DNA from: Hemiscyllium ocellatum
Taxonomy: Eukaryota
Assembly (NCBI RefSeq): GCF_020745735.1
Contig: NC_083414.1
Span: 42,972,013 to 43,036,012, forward strand
Direction of reading: 5' to 3'
DNA: 64,000 nucleotides
Within the stretch, counting starts at the first letter, position 1. Every line of letters begins with the position of its first letter. The position numbers and the translations under genes were made by a program. This document shows, piece after piece, positions 39,087 through 52,611 of this stretch. The notes beneath the pieces are model-generated. The model had not been told where the DNA came from, did not search any database, and saw only the letters and a program-made list of their open reading frames with translations.

Positions 39087-40292
39087 ATGAAGGCCTTCCA
39101 AAAGGCCTTTGATAAGGTGCCACACGGGAGGCTGCTCAGCAAGGTGAGGGCCCATGGTGTTCGAGGTGAGCTACTGGAATGGATTGAGGATTGGCTGTCT
39201 GACAGAAGGCAGAGAGTTGGGATAAAAGGTTCTTTTTCGGAATGGCAGCCAGTGATGAGCGGTGTCTCGGAGGGTTCAGTGTTGGGGCCGCAGCTGTTCG
39301 CATTATATATTAATGATTTGGATGGAGGGACTGGGGGCATTCTTGCGAAGTTTGCCGATGATACGAAGTTTGCCGATGATACGAAGTTAGGTGGACAGGC
39401 AGGTAGTACTGAGGAAGTGGGGAGGCTACAGAAGGATCTAGACAGTTTGGGAGAACGGTCCAGGAAATGGCTAATGGAATTCAATGTGAGCAAATGCGAG
39501 GTCTTGCACTTTGGAAAAAAGAATAAAAGCATAGACTACTTTCTAAACAGTGAGAAAATACGTAAAGCCAAAGTACAAAGGGATCTGGGAGTGCTAGTCG
39601 AGGATTCTCTAAAGGTAAACATGCAGGTTGAGTCCATGATTAAGAAAGTGAATGCAATGTTGTCATTTATCTCAAGAGGGTTGGAATATAAAAGCAGCGA
39701 TGTGCTACTGAGACTTTATAAAGCTCTGGTTAGGCCCCATTTGGAGTACTGTGTCCAGTTTTGGTCCCCACACCTAAGGAAGGACATACTGGCACTGGAA
39801 CGTGTCCAGCGGAGATTCACACAGGTGATCCCTGGAATGGTAGGTCTAACATATGAGGAACAGCTGAGGATCCTGGGATTGTATTCATTGCAGTTTAGAA
39901 GATTAAGGGGAGACTTAATAGAGACGTACAAGATAATACATGGCTTGGAAAGGGTGGACGCTAGGAAATTGTTTCCATTAGGCGAGGAGACTAGGACCCG
40001 TGGACACAGCCTTAGAATTACAGGGGGGCAATTCAGAACAGAAATGCGGAGACATTTCTTCAGCCAGAGAGTGGTGGGCCTGTGGAATTCATTGCCACAG
40101 GGTGCAGTGGAGGCCGGGACGCTAAATGTCTTCAAGGCAGAGATTGATAGATTCTTGTTGTCTCGAGGAATTAAGGGCTACGGGGAGAACTCTACTAAGT
40201 GGAGTTGAAATGCCCAACAGTCATAATTGAATGGCGGAGTGGACTCGATGGGCCGAATGGCCTTACTTCCACTCCTATGTCTTATGGTCTTA
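39087..40292 (+). mobile_element. Young 5'-truncated CR1 LINE with an open 373-aa RT frame
   Basis: FQKAFDKVPH...FADDTK...WNSLP; (TCTTATG)-like tail; ATGAAG at both ends. Confidence 0.95.
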
Positions 40293-40465
40293 TGAAGCAA
40301 CGTGGAATTTTCCCATACAGAGACATTCGCTTTAACATCCCTCCTTAACATGATCTTGTACTCAGTTTGAGTTTGCCTCATCTGGTGAACAATTTGAGTC
40401 ATGCCACCTCAAAAGAACTTCTACTGCTATGATGCTGCAGCACTTAGACTTTCAAATAATTGTCA

Positions 40466-40617
40466 TGATTTGGAGATGCCAGTGTTGGACTGGGGTGTAC
40501 AAAGTTAAAAAACACACAACACCAGAACCACCTGATGAAGGAGCGTCACTCCGAAAGCTAGTGTGCTTCCAATTAAACCTGTTGGACTATAACCTGGTGT
40601 TGTGTGATTTTTAACTT
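40466..40617. mobile_element. PLE fold-back mini-insertion with hammerhead motif (40529-40563, +)
   Basis: Inverted tail plus repeat; flanks CAAATAATTGT / CAAATAATGT. Confidence 0.85.
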
Positions 40618-43374
40618 GCAAATAATGTTGAGAACAACACAAGCCTTTCTGCTCAAGGGGGAGGCTGAGAGTTTGGTCCATCTGCCACTTGATGTTGTTA
40701 CGCGGACTATCTCAACTTTTTTGTTGAAAGCCATTCCTCCTATCTCACAGAATTTCACATCTGTCAGCTGTCAACTCTATTCTTTCAGCAGGAGAATTTG
40801 ATCTGAAAGAACAGTGACTCACTCCTGTGTCAAGCTTAAAATTAACAGGAAGAACAGTGACATGTACATGTTTTGTTAAATTTGGATCACGATCCCTCCA
40901 GAATGTTTGCGATATCACTGCTAACAAGCATAAATGAAGCTCAGCCAGGCCAAAAGAAAGCTAAAGTATTGACATCTTTGTACATGTACATCTTTTACTT
41001 ATTTCTCCTCTGGAATGTGTTTTGCCTTTGCACATTCTGTGAAAGTAACCTAAAGTGCTACAGAAATAGCATTTCTTTGTCCTGGCTGAGCATCATTTAT
41101 GCCTGTTAGACTTTACTGTTCCAGTGTTGGCACTGTTACATACTAGCTGCTGTCCTTAAGCTTGTATCTTCGTAAAACCAATGCTGCATTCATTCTGCTG
41201 CAATAACATTTGCACATTGTGACTCGGTACCACAGCATGTTACAGTATTTACTTTGCTGGACTTCTTTTAAAACTGCATTTCTGGATTTTAAATTCTCTA
41301 ACTAACCTTGAAATTAACCTTACGACTGATTGTTCTGCAGTAATTATAAACTGTGACAAAATTTTTATATCTGTTTCTTAGCAATTATATCAAAATTAGG
41401 CAGGAGCTCGGAAATGTGGATTGGACACAGCTATTTGAAGGGAAGTCCACTTTTGAGGTGTGGAAGGCTTTCAAAGATTGGTTAAAGATAGTGCAGGCTA
41501 GTCCTATCCCGTTGAAGGTAAAGGATAGGAAGGGCAAGATTTGTGAACCATGGATGACAGAGGAAATTGTACGACTAGCCAAGAGGAAAAAGGAAGCGTA
41601 CATAAGGTCTAGGCAGCTAAGAACAGAATGGGCCCTGAAGGAATATCAGAAGAGTAGGACAAGTCTTAAACGAGGAATCAGGTGGGCTAAACGGGGTCAT
41701 GAAATAGCTTTAGCAAGCAGAATTAAGAAGAATCCCAAAGCATTTTATTCTGGCGGGTAACTAGAGAAAGGATTGACCCACTAAATGATAATGAAGGAAG
41801 GCTGTGTGTCGAACCTGAGAGAATGGGTGAGGTTCTGAACGATTACTTTGCATCAGTGTTCACTGAGGAGAGGGACATGATGAATGTTGAGATTAGAGAT
41901 AAAAGTTTGATTAGTCTGGATCACATTGACATAAGAAGGGAAGATGTGTTGGGTAGGCTAGAGGTTATTAAGGTGGACACATCCCCAGGACCAGATGGGA
42001 TCTATCCAAGATTGCTGAGGGAGGCAAGAGAGGAATTAGCTGGGGCCTGACAGATATCTTTGTGGCATCCTTAAGTACAGGTGAGGTGCTGGAGGACTGG
42101 ATGGTGTTCCCCCTGTACTAGAGGGGAAGTAGGGATATTCCGGGTAACTACAGACCAGTGAGCCTGATGTCGGTGGTGGGAAAATTGCTGGAGAGAGTAC
42201 TGAGGGATAGGGTCTATTTATATTTCGAAAAGAATAGGCTTATCAGTGATAGACAACATGGTTTTGTGCGAGGGAGATCATGTCTTACCAACTTAATAGA
42301 AGTCTTCGAGGAACTGACCAAGTTGATAGATGAAGGAAGGGATGTTGATGTCATATACATGGACTTTAGAAGGCGTTTGATAAGATTCACCATGGTAGAC
42401 TAATGGAGTAAGTGAAGTCGCATGGTGTGCAGGGTGTTCTAGCAAGGTGGACAAAGAACTGGTTGAGCAACAGGACACAGAGAGTAGTACTTGAAGGGAG
42501 TTTTTCGAAATGGAGAAAGGTGACCAGTGGTGTTCCTTACTGATCAGTGTTGGGGCCACTGTTGTTTGTGATATACATAAATGATCTGGAAGACGGCACT
42601 GTTGATATAATCAGCAAGTTTGCAGATGACACGAAGATTGGTGGAGTAGCAGAAAGCATAAGGGATGATCAGAGAACACAGGAGGATATAGATAGACTGG
42701 AGAGTTGGGCAGAAAAGTGGCAGATGGATTTCAATCCAGACGAATGAGAGGTGATGCATTTAGGCAAGACTAATTCTAGAGCGAATTGTATAATGAAAGG
42801 AAAAGCCTTGGGAAAAGTTGATGGACAGAGGGATCTGGGAATGCAGACCCATTGTACCCTGAAGTTTGCTGCACAAGTGAATAGAGTGGTCAAGAAGGCA
42901 TATAGTATGCTTGCCTTCATTGGACAGGGTACTGAGTATATGAACTAGCAAGTCATGTTTAAATTGTACAAGACATTGATTCAGCCGCATTTAGAATACT
43001 GTGTACAGTACTGGTCACCACATTACCAAAAGGATGTGGACACTATGGAGAGGGTGCAGAGAAGGTTTACGAGGATGTTGCCTGGTATGGAAGGTGCTAG
43101 CTATAAAGAGAGATTCAGTAGGTTAGATTTATTTTCATTAGAAAAAAGGAGATTGAGGGGGGACCTGATTGAGGTTTACAAAATCATGAAGAGCAAAGAC
43201 AGAGTGGACAGAGACAAGTTTTTTTTTCCCAGCATGAAGGATTCAATAACAAGAGGTCATGCTTTCAAGGTGAGAGGTGGAATAAGGGGGATACACACAG
43301 CAAGTACTTCACACAGAGGGTGGTGGGTGTTTGGAACGCGTTGCCAGCAAAGTTGGTAGATTCAGTTAAGATGA

Positions 43375-43936
43375 CGTAAAAACAATGACTGCAGATGCTG
43401 GAAACCAGATTCTGGATTAGTGGTGCTGGAAGAGCACAGCAGTTCAGGCAGCATCCAAGGAGCAGCGAAATTGACGTTTCGGGCAAAAACCCTTCATCAG
43501 GAATAAAGGCAGAGAGCCTGAAGCATGGAGAGATAAGCTCAAGGAGGGTGGGGGTGGGGAGAGAGGAGCATAGAGTACAATAGGTGAGTGGGGGAGGGGA
43601 TGAAGGTGATAGGTCAGGGAGGAGAGGGTGGAGTGGATAGGTGGAAATGGAGATAGGTAGGTAGGACAAGTCCAGACAAGTCATGGGGACAGTGCTAAGC
43701 TGGAAGTTTGGAAAAAAGGTGAGGTGGGGAAAGGGGAAATGAGGAAACTGTTGAAGTCCACATTGATGTCCTGGGGTTGAAGTGTTCCAAGGCAGAAGAT
43801 GATGCGTTCGTCCTCCAGGCATCTGGTGGTGAGGGAGTGGCGGTGAAGGAGGCCCAGGATCTCCATGTCTCGGCAGAGTGGGAGGGGGAGTTGAAATGTT
43901 GGGCCACGGGGCAGTGTGGTTGATTGGTGCGGGTGT
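43375..43936 (-). mobile_element. PLE 3' fragment (GIY-YIG C-terminus + terminal repeat)
   Basis: VAQHFNSPSHS, LEDERIIFCLGTLQPQDINVDF, followed by the hammerhead-bearing repeat. Confidence 0.9.
43469..43504 (-). ncRNA. Minimal hammerhead ribozyme motif, second family
   Basis: ATTC-CTGATGA-A-GGG tttttg CCC-GAA-ACGT-C-AATT. Confidence 0.75.
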
Positions 43937-45038
43937 GAGCCTAGACAGATGCATGAGTGGGGAGCAGAGGGATACAGACGCTTAGGAATTGACTGACAGG
44001 TTTAGACAGTACATTTGGATCGGCTCAGGCTTGGAGGGCTGAAGGGCCTGTTCCTGGGCTGTAAATTTTCTTTGTTCTTTGTTCAGTAGGGGTCTCTGAA
44101 ATGTTTATCGGAGTTTTCTGTCTTTTTAATGATCAAAATTGTGGCTATATACTTTCTACAGGACATATGCAGCTTCTGTTGCCAAATGTTCCCATTTATT
44201 CCCAAGTGAACTTGGCATTTTCCCACTTTTGATCGTCTAAAACACACTTCATTTAAATTAAAGAAAATTCTGACTGCGATCTATAATCTCTAATTTTTCC
44301 TGAATTTTCTTCTTTTGCTAAACACTGATCAGATTTCTTTGAATTATCTCATTTTCAGCTAAATTAAATTGAGAGGCCATTTCATTTCTGTGACCCCAAT
44401 TCTTTTCTGGCTGTTTAATTGTTTGTTAGACCTTGAACATAGTCTCATGCAGCATTTAATTGCTCGTAACAGAGTATCTTTCATTAAGGCCTCTGTATGT
44501 TTCAAGTCTGGCTGGCTTTTCACTCTTTCCCTAATCCACATTCTTGTGTCAACACTTATTAGTTTCTGAATGAAGTTTTGTTTTTGGGGTGCTGAGTATA
44601 CCTTTGATCTGCTTCCATTGCTGTTGTTGTCTGTCTGTCTCTCTCTCTCTCTGTCAGCAATTGTTTCAGCTGCTGCCTGACAGTGTCTCTTAAAGTAGCA
44701 ATGCTTGAAAATGGCAAACATGCTTGCTTGAATTTTAAAGATACTTTTGAATCTTCGAGATTTCTTCACCTGTTGGTGGGGGTCAGATCTTCTCTATTGC
44801 AAAAACCTGGTATTTTCCCAGATAACCACTCAGCTATCTTGTGGTATTTGCCGACTCTAACAGTATGAGGAAGGATTGTACGAGGTAGTTCACTGCATCA
44901 TCTTTGCTTTATGTTCAGCCCATCCAGTCATTTGTGGTAGGGAAGACACCATGAGAAAAATGTAACAAATAATGAACTGTTCTTCCATAGCAAGAAGGTT
45001 AATTACATTAAAGCAATAAGTATAACTACATTAGATCA

Positions 45039-45156
45039 TGATTTGGAGATGCCGGTATTGGACTGGGGTGTACAAAGTTAAAAATCACACAACACCAGGT
45101 TATAGTCCAATAGGTTTAATTGGAAGCACACTAGCTTTCGAAGCGACGCTCCTTCT
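45039..45156. mobile_element. PLE tail + partial terminal-repeat insertion
   Basis: Perfect 12-bp TSD TACATTAGATCA (45027-45038, 45157-45168). Confidence 0.88.
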
Positions 45157-46837
45157 TACATTAGATCAGGTCCAATTATTCACACCATAGCGAGCTGGTA
45201 TTGATAGATCTGTTCCCATCGAAAGTTAGACTGTGTGTGACATCAGTAGAATGGGTGGAGTCAGCGCAACATGAGTATGAACCACCTATAGGACATTATC
45301 ATAAACTACAATTTAACTGGTGAGTCAAGAACCGGCCCAACAACTGAAGCATCATTATCAATGTTGACATTATGTGATATAATGCTTCCAAAATCTTGTT
45401 AGTTAGTTGGAGCCCAGAGAATTGGCTCCAGATTATAGTTTGGAATAATATAAAACTGTAATTTAAATGTAACCTGTAGTAACAAGGACAGCAACTCGCC
45501 CATGAAATTAAAAAGATCAAATTAATTCACCATATTCAGTAGTTACTAAAGCAGGAAATCAGTAATCGTGGTCTCATGTCTTCAGTCCTTTTGTATAACA
45601 AGTGTACTGCATTGCTAAGAGGCCACTTTTAATTGCACTTCTTTGCAATAATCGACAAATGTTCTTGCATAGACAGCCACTCTCTTCAGAATGCACTTTA
45701 AAAAGAACAATAACTTTTCTTTATATTTAGGTGTTATGAGAAAAATCAACACCCTCCTTATTGAATAGTCTTTGCATTCCCGAACAAATGATACTAATGG
45801 AAAGCTCTTCAATTTTCAAATAAAAGGTATAATTTCAGCAGCACTGTACTACACATCATTTAGATACCCACTTATCTTGTTGATCAATGTATGTTATTAA
45901 ACAACAATCAGAACACATTACACAAGCCTGCTCCATACGAAGTAGTTTAATATTTTCATGTTATCATTATAACAATCATATTGTGTTCACGTCTTTTCTT
46001 GAAACATGGTGAAAAGCACAAAGTAGATTTCCTGACAGCAAACTAGTTTGGAGTTTTGATAATTGACAATACAGCCATTGCAACATGTTGTCTTTAATTG
46101 TTCTTTCTCCATTTGTTTAGCCATCTGTTTTACTTTGCTTTCCTCTTGAGCACAGCCTCTCCTTAGCTTCTGCCTATTGTTACTTCTGACCTAGTTCTTG
46201 TGGACACTTGTGAACAATGGGGTGATTCTCCTTCTGTCTCTCAAGGAACTTACAGCCTACACACATAGAGTCATGAATAGTGAATGAAGAATATTTCAGC
46301 ACAATATTTTTACTGAAAAGTTTACAAAAAAAAACTCCAACTCCATTTTGACAAAAAAGTATAATCAAATTGGTGTCAAATAAATTTCATTCTTTTTCAT
46401 TCTGTACGAAAGATAAATATGCAATTCTGATTTCTGAAATGCCTCATAAAAATGACAAATACTATTGATAAGTTGGCCTTATTTTGATTTAATTGCTGTT
46501 AGAATAGCTAGATGCAATGTCAACTAGCAGTATCTAATGTAAAAGTCATTATTCATTAGGAGAAGTCACTCAGTCTTAACGTCTCGATACCACTGTCTCA
46601 CACTGTGGATGGACAATGACTGAGAATCATCTGTTTACTGAGTTTCCTCATGATGTGTTAAGCATATTTGATCATTACTGCATTATGGGATAACGCCCAG
46701 TTCACATATTGGATAGGAAATGCGGTTTCCCATGATTCTTTGCAGGCTGAGAAAATTCCATTAAAAATGCATTATTAATTCTTCATAAAATCAAAGGATT
46801 ATTGATTGCCTCCTCAAAGAGGCTTCACGATTCTTAC

Positions 46838-46912
46838 ATTATCCATTAAGTCTTTTTTGATGCGAATATGCATTTTCTGTATGCTAACCAAGGTTCCGAC
46901 ATGATCTGGTTC
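46838..46912 (-). CDS. Candidate 75-nt internal exon of an unidentified gene
   Basis: tgtaaatgttcag|GAA...AAT|gtaaga, phase 0/0, EPDHVGTLVSIQKMHIRIKKDLMDN; no homology recognised. Confidence 0.2.
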
Positions 46913-47304
46913 CTGAACATTTACAGCAAAAATAATTAAGCTCCCTGGGGCTGAACAGCAGCTCAAAGCAATCAGACTGAGCAGGACTTCTTTTCATGTC
47001 AGTCAACCTGAATATTGACATTTTTAAACAGAATCCAGTCTCTGCTTTCAAATAACCGTTAAAGCAAGAGAGTTTGCTTCTCTGCTTTACTGATAGTTAC
47101 CTCAATCAATATCAATCAAGTTTTCTGATAATTATCACATTCTTGATTGTGGGAGCTTGCTTTGTGCATAGTGGGTGCAGTGTTTCTCAACTGTTGAACT
47201 TCAGTGGCACAACATCTGGAAATCTGGTCTTGCTACTACCAGAGTCGTCACAAACATCAAAGAAAGTACACAAAATTCCCCAACTGGCCTTTTAGTCCAG
47301 TAGT

Positions 47305-49100
47305 CTCTTAAATGTCCCCAATGACCTTGCTTCCACAACTGCTGCTGGCAACGCATTCCATGCTCTCACAACTCTGTGTAAAGAACCTGCCTCTAACATC
47401 CCCTCTATACTTTCCTACAACCAGCTTAAAACGATGACCCCTCATGTTAGTCATTTCTGCCCTGGGAAATAGTCTTTGGCTATCGACTCTATCTATGCCT
47501 CTCATTATCTTGTATACCTCAATTAGGTCCCCTCTCCTCCTCCTTTTCTCCAGTGAAAAACGTCCGAGCTCAGTCAACCTCTCCTCATAAGATAAGCCCT
47601 CCAGTCCAGGCAGCATCCTGGTAAACATCCTCTGAACCCTCTCCAAAGCATCCACATCTTTCCGAGAATAGGGCGACCAGAACTGGATGCAGTATTCCAA
47701 GTGCAATTTAACCAGAGTTTTATAGAGCTGCAACAAGATCTCACGACGCTTAAACTTAATCTCCCTGTTAATGAAAACCAAAACACCATATGCTTTCTTA
47801 ACAACCCTGTCCACTTGGTTGGCCATTTTAAGGGATCTATGTATCTGCACACCAAGATCCCTCTGTTCCTCCACACTGCCAAGAATCCTATCCTTAATCC
47901 TGTACTCAACTTTCAAATTCAACCTTCCAAAATGCATCACCTCATATTTATCCAGGTTGAACTCCATCTGCCACCACTCAGCCCATCTCTGCATCCTGTC
48001 AATGTCCTGCTGCAGCCTACAACAGCCCTCCAACCTTCGTGTCATCTGCAAACTTGCTGACCCATCCTTCAATCTCCTCATCCAAGTCATTAATAAAAAT
48101 TACAAACAGTAGAGGCCCAAGGACAGTGTAGAACACCACTCACCACAGACTTCCAGGCAGAATATTTTCCTTCTACTATCACTCACTGTCTTCTGTTGGC
48201 CAGCCAATTCTGTATCCAGACAGCTATGTTCCCCTGAATCCCATTCCTCCTGACCTTCTGAATGAACCTACCATGGGGAACCTTATCAAATGCCTTGCTG
48301 AAGTCCATATACACCACATCCACAGCTCAACCCTCATCAACTTTTCTCGTCACATCCTCAAAAAACTCGAAAAGGTTTGTGAGGCATGACCTGCCCCTCA
48401 CAAAGCCGTGTTGACTGCATTTAATCGAGCCATGCTTTTCCAGATGGGTCATAAATCCTATCCCTCAGAATCCTTTCTAACACCTTGCAGATGACAGATG
48501 TGAGACTTACTGGTTTGTAATTGCCGGGGATTTCCCTATTTCCTTTCTTGAAGAGAGAAATTACGTTTGCCCCTCTCCAGTCCTCAGGTACGACTCTGGT
48601 AGACAGCGAGGATGCAAAGATCTTCGCAAAGATCTCATTTCCCAAATCAGCCAAGGACAAATCTTGTCTGGGGCTAGCGACTTGTCAATCTTAATGTTTG
48701 ACAAAATTTTCAGCACATCAGCTTTCTCTATCTCTATCATTTCCAGCATGAACATCTGCTCTTCAAAGGTTTCATTCACTACAAAGTTTGTTTCATTCGT
48801 AAAGATAGACGCAATAAACTCATTTAGGGCTTCCCCTACCTCCTCAGACTCCACACACAAATTCCCTATGCTATTCCTGATCGACCCTACTCTTTCTTTG
48901 ACCATTCTCTTATTCCTAAGTGTGAAATGACTTTGTGTTCTCCATAATCAGTTCTGCCAAGCCTTTCTCATGCCCCCTCCTGCCTCTACTCAGACCATTT
49001 TTGAGCTCCTTCCTCGCCTCCTGTAATCTTCTAGAGCTGAGCTTGACCATAGCTTCCTCCACCTAATGTAAGCTACCTTTTTCCTTTTGATGAGAAGCTT
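47305..49100 (-). mobile_element. CR1 LINE ORF2 fragment
   Basis: ORFs 47308-48090, 48421-48660 and 48561-48905 carry CR1 motifs. Confidence 0.92.
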
Positions 49101-51147
49101 TTGAGGATCAGCAAATCCTTCTATGCCAGTCTGTATGACTTGTAGCCAACCGACAGCGCGGCCTCCCAGTCGTTCCAGTCCTCTATCACAGGGATCTTAG
49201 ACGAGAGAACACAGGAGAGGCTGGATCAGCCACTATCTCTGGATGAGCTGACCAAGGCCCTCAAGTCCTTTAAAACTCCCAGAAGCGAATGCTTACCAGT
49301 CGAGCTCTATTCTGCTCTATGGGACTTGATCAGCCAGGACCTGCTGGAGGTGTATGTCAGTATGCTTCGGGCAGGTACCATGAGTGAACCCATGAGGAAA
49401 GGCATCATCACCCTCATCTACAAGCAGAAGGGGGAGAGGGAGGAAATCAAAAATTGGAGACGAATCTCACTATTAAATGCGGATTACAAAATCTTGTCAA
49501 AAGGTCATTGCCAACCGGGTCAGGTCTGCTCCGAGGTCGGTGATTCACCCTGACCAAACCTGTGCTGTACCGGGCAGGAAGATCGCTGAGAGTCTCGCAC
49601 TCCTCAGGGATATGATCGCCTATGTGCAGGGCAGAGGGTTGGACACCTGCCTGATCAGCCTGGACCAGGAGAAAGCCTTTGACAGGATATCACAAAGGTA
49701 TAAGAGAGATGTTCTCTCCAAAATGGGCTTTGGGGAGGGAATCTGCAATTGGATCAGACTGCTCTACACCAACATCGTCAGTGCAGTCTCAATCAATGGG
49801 TGGGAATCAGATAGCTTCCCAGTCAGATCTGGAGTCAGACAAGGCTGCCCTTTCTCCTGCCTTGTTTGTGTGCTGCAGAGAGCCATTTGCCGAGTCCATC
49901 AGGAAGGATGCGAGCCTGAGGGGGTGACTAGTCCTGGCAGCGGGGGCTTACAGGATAAGGCTTCCCTGTACATGGACGATGTCGCCGTTTTCTGCTCGGA
50001 TCTGCTATCTGTGCACAGACCCATGTGCATATATGACAAGTTCGAACGGACCTCGGGAGCCAAGGTCAACCGAGGAAAGAGCGAGGCCATGTTCTTCAGG
50101 AACTGGGCCAACCAATCCTCCATCCCCTTCACCGTCAGGACCGACCACCTGAAGGTGCTGGGTATTTGGTTCAGAGGGGCTGGGGCATGTGCCAAGTCTT
50201 GGGAGGAGCGTAGCAAGAAAGTGAGGCAGAAACTGGAAACTATGGTCACTTTCCATCGCGGGAAAAAACTGGTCATCAGGTGTGAGGTACTCTCAGTATT
50301 GTTATATGTGGCACAGTTCTGGCCTATTCCCAGAACCTGTGCCGCCGCAGTCACCTGGGCCATCTTCCATTATATGCGGTGATTAAAGATGGACCAGATC
50401 CGAAGGGACTCGATATATATATAGATCTGGGCAACGGGGGAAAAAAAACACCACCCAATGCCACCCTCACCCGGATAGCCACCTTTGTGTGTGGCAGCAT
50501 CAAGCTGTGCGTGGATCCCCGGTGCACAGACATAAAGTGTCACTACGTACTCCGGTTCTACCTGTCCCCGGTGTTGCGAAGGATGGGCCTGGCCTCGCTG
50601 CCACGGAACACTCCGAGTATCACCTGTCCTTCATGGAGAAATTTATGAAGAAAACACCTTTGACCACAAGTCCATCAGGAAGTGGTCAGCATGTAGTGTC
50701 CTTGAGACCCTTCGGGAAAATGAGAGGGCGGATCCTGTCGAGTGGTTCCCTGGGCAGACTGACAGCTCTTTGGTCTGTCTGAAACCTGTTAATCTTCCAG
50801 CTGAAGGAGTTGACCCCGACTGAGTGTTACAGACTGGCACATTCCAAGGTTCAGGACTACGTGCTGAGGGACGCACTGAAGCATGGGGCAGCTGCCGCCA
50901 AGGCGCGGTGGGGAAAGACCACTGTGTAATTTCTGCCCGTCAAAGAACAGGGGGCCCACACAGTAAGTGGGCTCTGTTGATGCCCCAGCTAAATATATGG
51001 ATGGTAAACGTACAGACCTGTATATATGAATGATTACTCGATCTCTGTATGCAAAGAAATGGAATGTTTACATATGTATGACATGACCAATTGTACAGAT
51101 CAGCAATATATTTTATGAATAAAGTATACTTTTGTAATAAAAAAAAT
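49101..51147 (+). mobile_element. Tx1-like (L1 clade) LINE, 5'-truncated
   Basis: ISLLNADYKILSK, IHPDQTCAVPGR, LDQEKAFDRI, GVRQGCP, YMDDV; AATAAA and a short poly(A) at ~51118-51147. Confidence 0.9.
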
Positions 51148-52611
51148 GTATAAATGCGTATCTATATCCCTTTCCCAAGAGGCAGTTTCTTTGTACATGG
51201 CTTGTTTTTTAAAATATGGTAGTCCTTCCATTATCTCTCCAAAGTGAATATTCTTCAAGTCAAACTCTGAGTATGAGTAGTATCCTAGTCCAAAAGCATT
51301 CTTCGACATTTTGTTTGCAAATTCAATAGTTTTGAGCAGGAATGAATGGATATTGACGGGTATGGACCTTCAAGTTATGTACCTTTCACACCAATCCTCC
51401 AAACAATTGCAACTGTTTTACATTCAGGCAGCTGGTTGGCTGATTTGCCACAATGTTATGATAACCTAATTTGAAATTGCACCATATAATGTGGCACATT
51501 TGTTTATTGAACCATCAAAGCAAATCCACGAATTGGAACCTGTATGAACGAAAATTATTTTTGCAGTGCTTCGCACCACATTTCTGTATCCCCAGTGTTA
51601 CCCTTACAAAGGACTTATCACTGAGCTGCCTCCGAGATCAAAAGCCAATTTATCAAGGTCTAACATGAATGAGATCATTGGTCTTCATAACCACACTACT
51701 TGGTCTAATGGGACTTACAGAATCAGAAAATATAGGAAGCAGATAGAGGACTATCCTCACTTTAAAACTGCAAAAGACTATTGCCAAGTTTCACAGAGGA
51801 AGTACAATATATTGTATCTTAATAAATGCTGTAAAGCAGTTATTATGAATTTGGCAACTGTGATTAACTTGAAGCCAAAGTGCCTCTATTTTTCTTTTTT
51901 GCAAATAATTAAGCAGAAGATATGCAGCACAGCAGTGTTTTTAGTCCTAGCTGCCAAAATAGCTGTGTTTAGTAACACTAAAGATGGCAGTAGGCAGACT
52001 GAGCCCACTGTGCTTTTACTATAAACAATGTTTTGACAGGAGCTAACAGCTGGATCCAAATCTGCTCCTGTCGCAAAGATTACACAATTCTTAGAACAAT
52101 CAAATTATCCTCATCCTCTTTTTTTTATATAAATGATAAGATCTGACTTGCTAACAAACAGATGATCATTCTTTAAAGTTTTAATCATATTCAAATACCA
52201 GTGATAAAATGTAGACAGTGAAAACACATCTCAAACAAGGGAACTTGATTAAACATGGGATTGTCACTGGAACAAACATCCACTGTAAATAGATATCTTC
52301 TTTGTGTACAAAATGCCTTCGTCATTGATACATAATGCAGAATTAGTATAAAGGATATGTACGAGCATCTCCTTTTCAAGATGCCCACTAATAGGATTGG
52401 TGTGTATTTACTCTTTTTGTTCATTTTTACTCAACGTCCTGAACAGTTCAAAAATGCCATTATTGCTCATGCACATCAGCACTTAAAAGCTTAATTCGTA
52501 TGTTTAGTTTCCCAATCACAATTTCCATGGTTATGCTGGGACCAAAATCGACCTCTAGCTGTGATCGCTGTTTCTCCTTCAGTACCAGAGAGGCTGGCTT
52601 TACATTGCATA

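Larger units (their letters stand above)
36880..41340 (-). mobile_element. Decayed Gypsy/Ty3 pol (PR-RT-RH-IN), interrupted by CR1 and PLE insertions
   Basis: VNFKLDTG (protease, ~40840), LSGLEEVKCYADDI (RT, ~38680), DNKPLVSILGK (RNase H), VVSDNGLQF (integrase, ~37280), in Gypsy domain order; LTRs not recognised. Confidence 0.82.
41380..44084 (+). mobile_element. CR1 LINE ORF2 (decayed), interrupted by a PLE at ~43375-43936
   Basis: SPGPDGIYPRLLRE, QHGFVRGRSCLTNL, KFADDTK; (TTCTTTG)n tail. Confidence 0.92.

Noticed and set aside
43265-43954. 229-aa ORF
   Set aside because: Off-frame read through the PLE 3' region and antisense CR1
52198-52281. Candidate 84-nt minus-strand exon
   Set aside because: Weak donor (gtattt); two frames open; no recognisable protein
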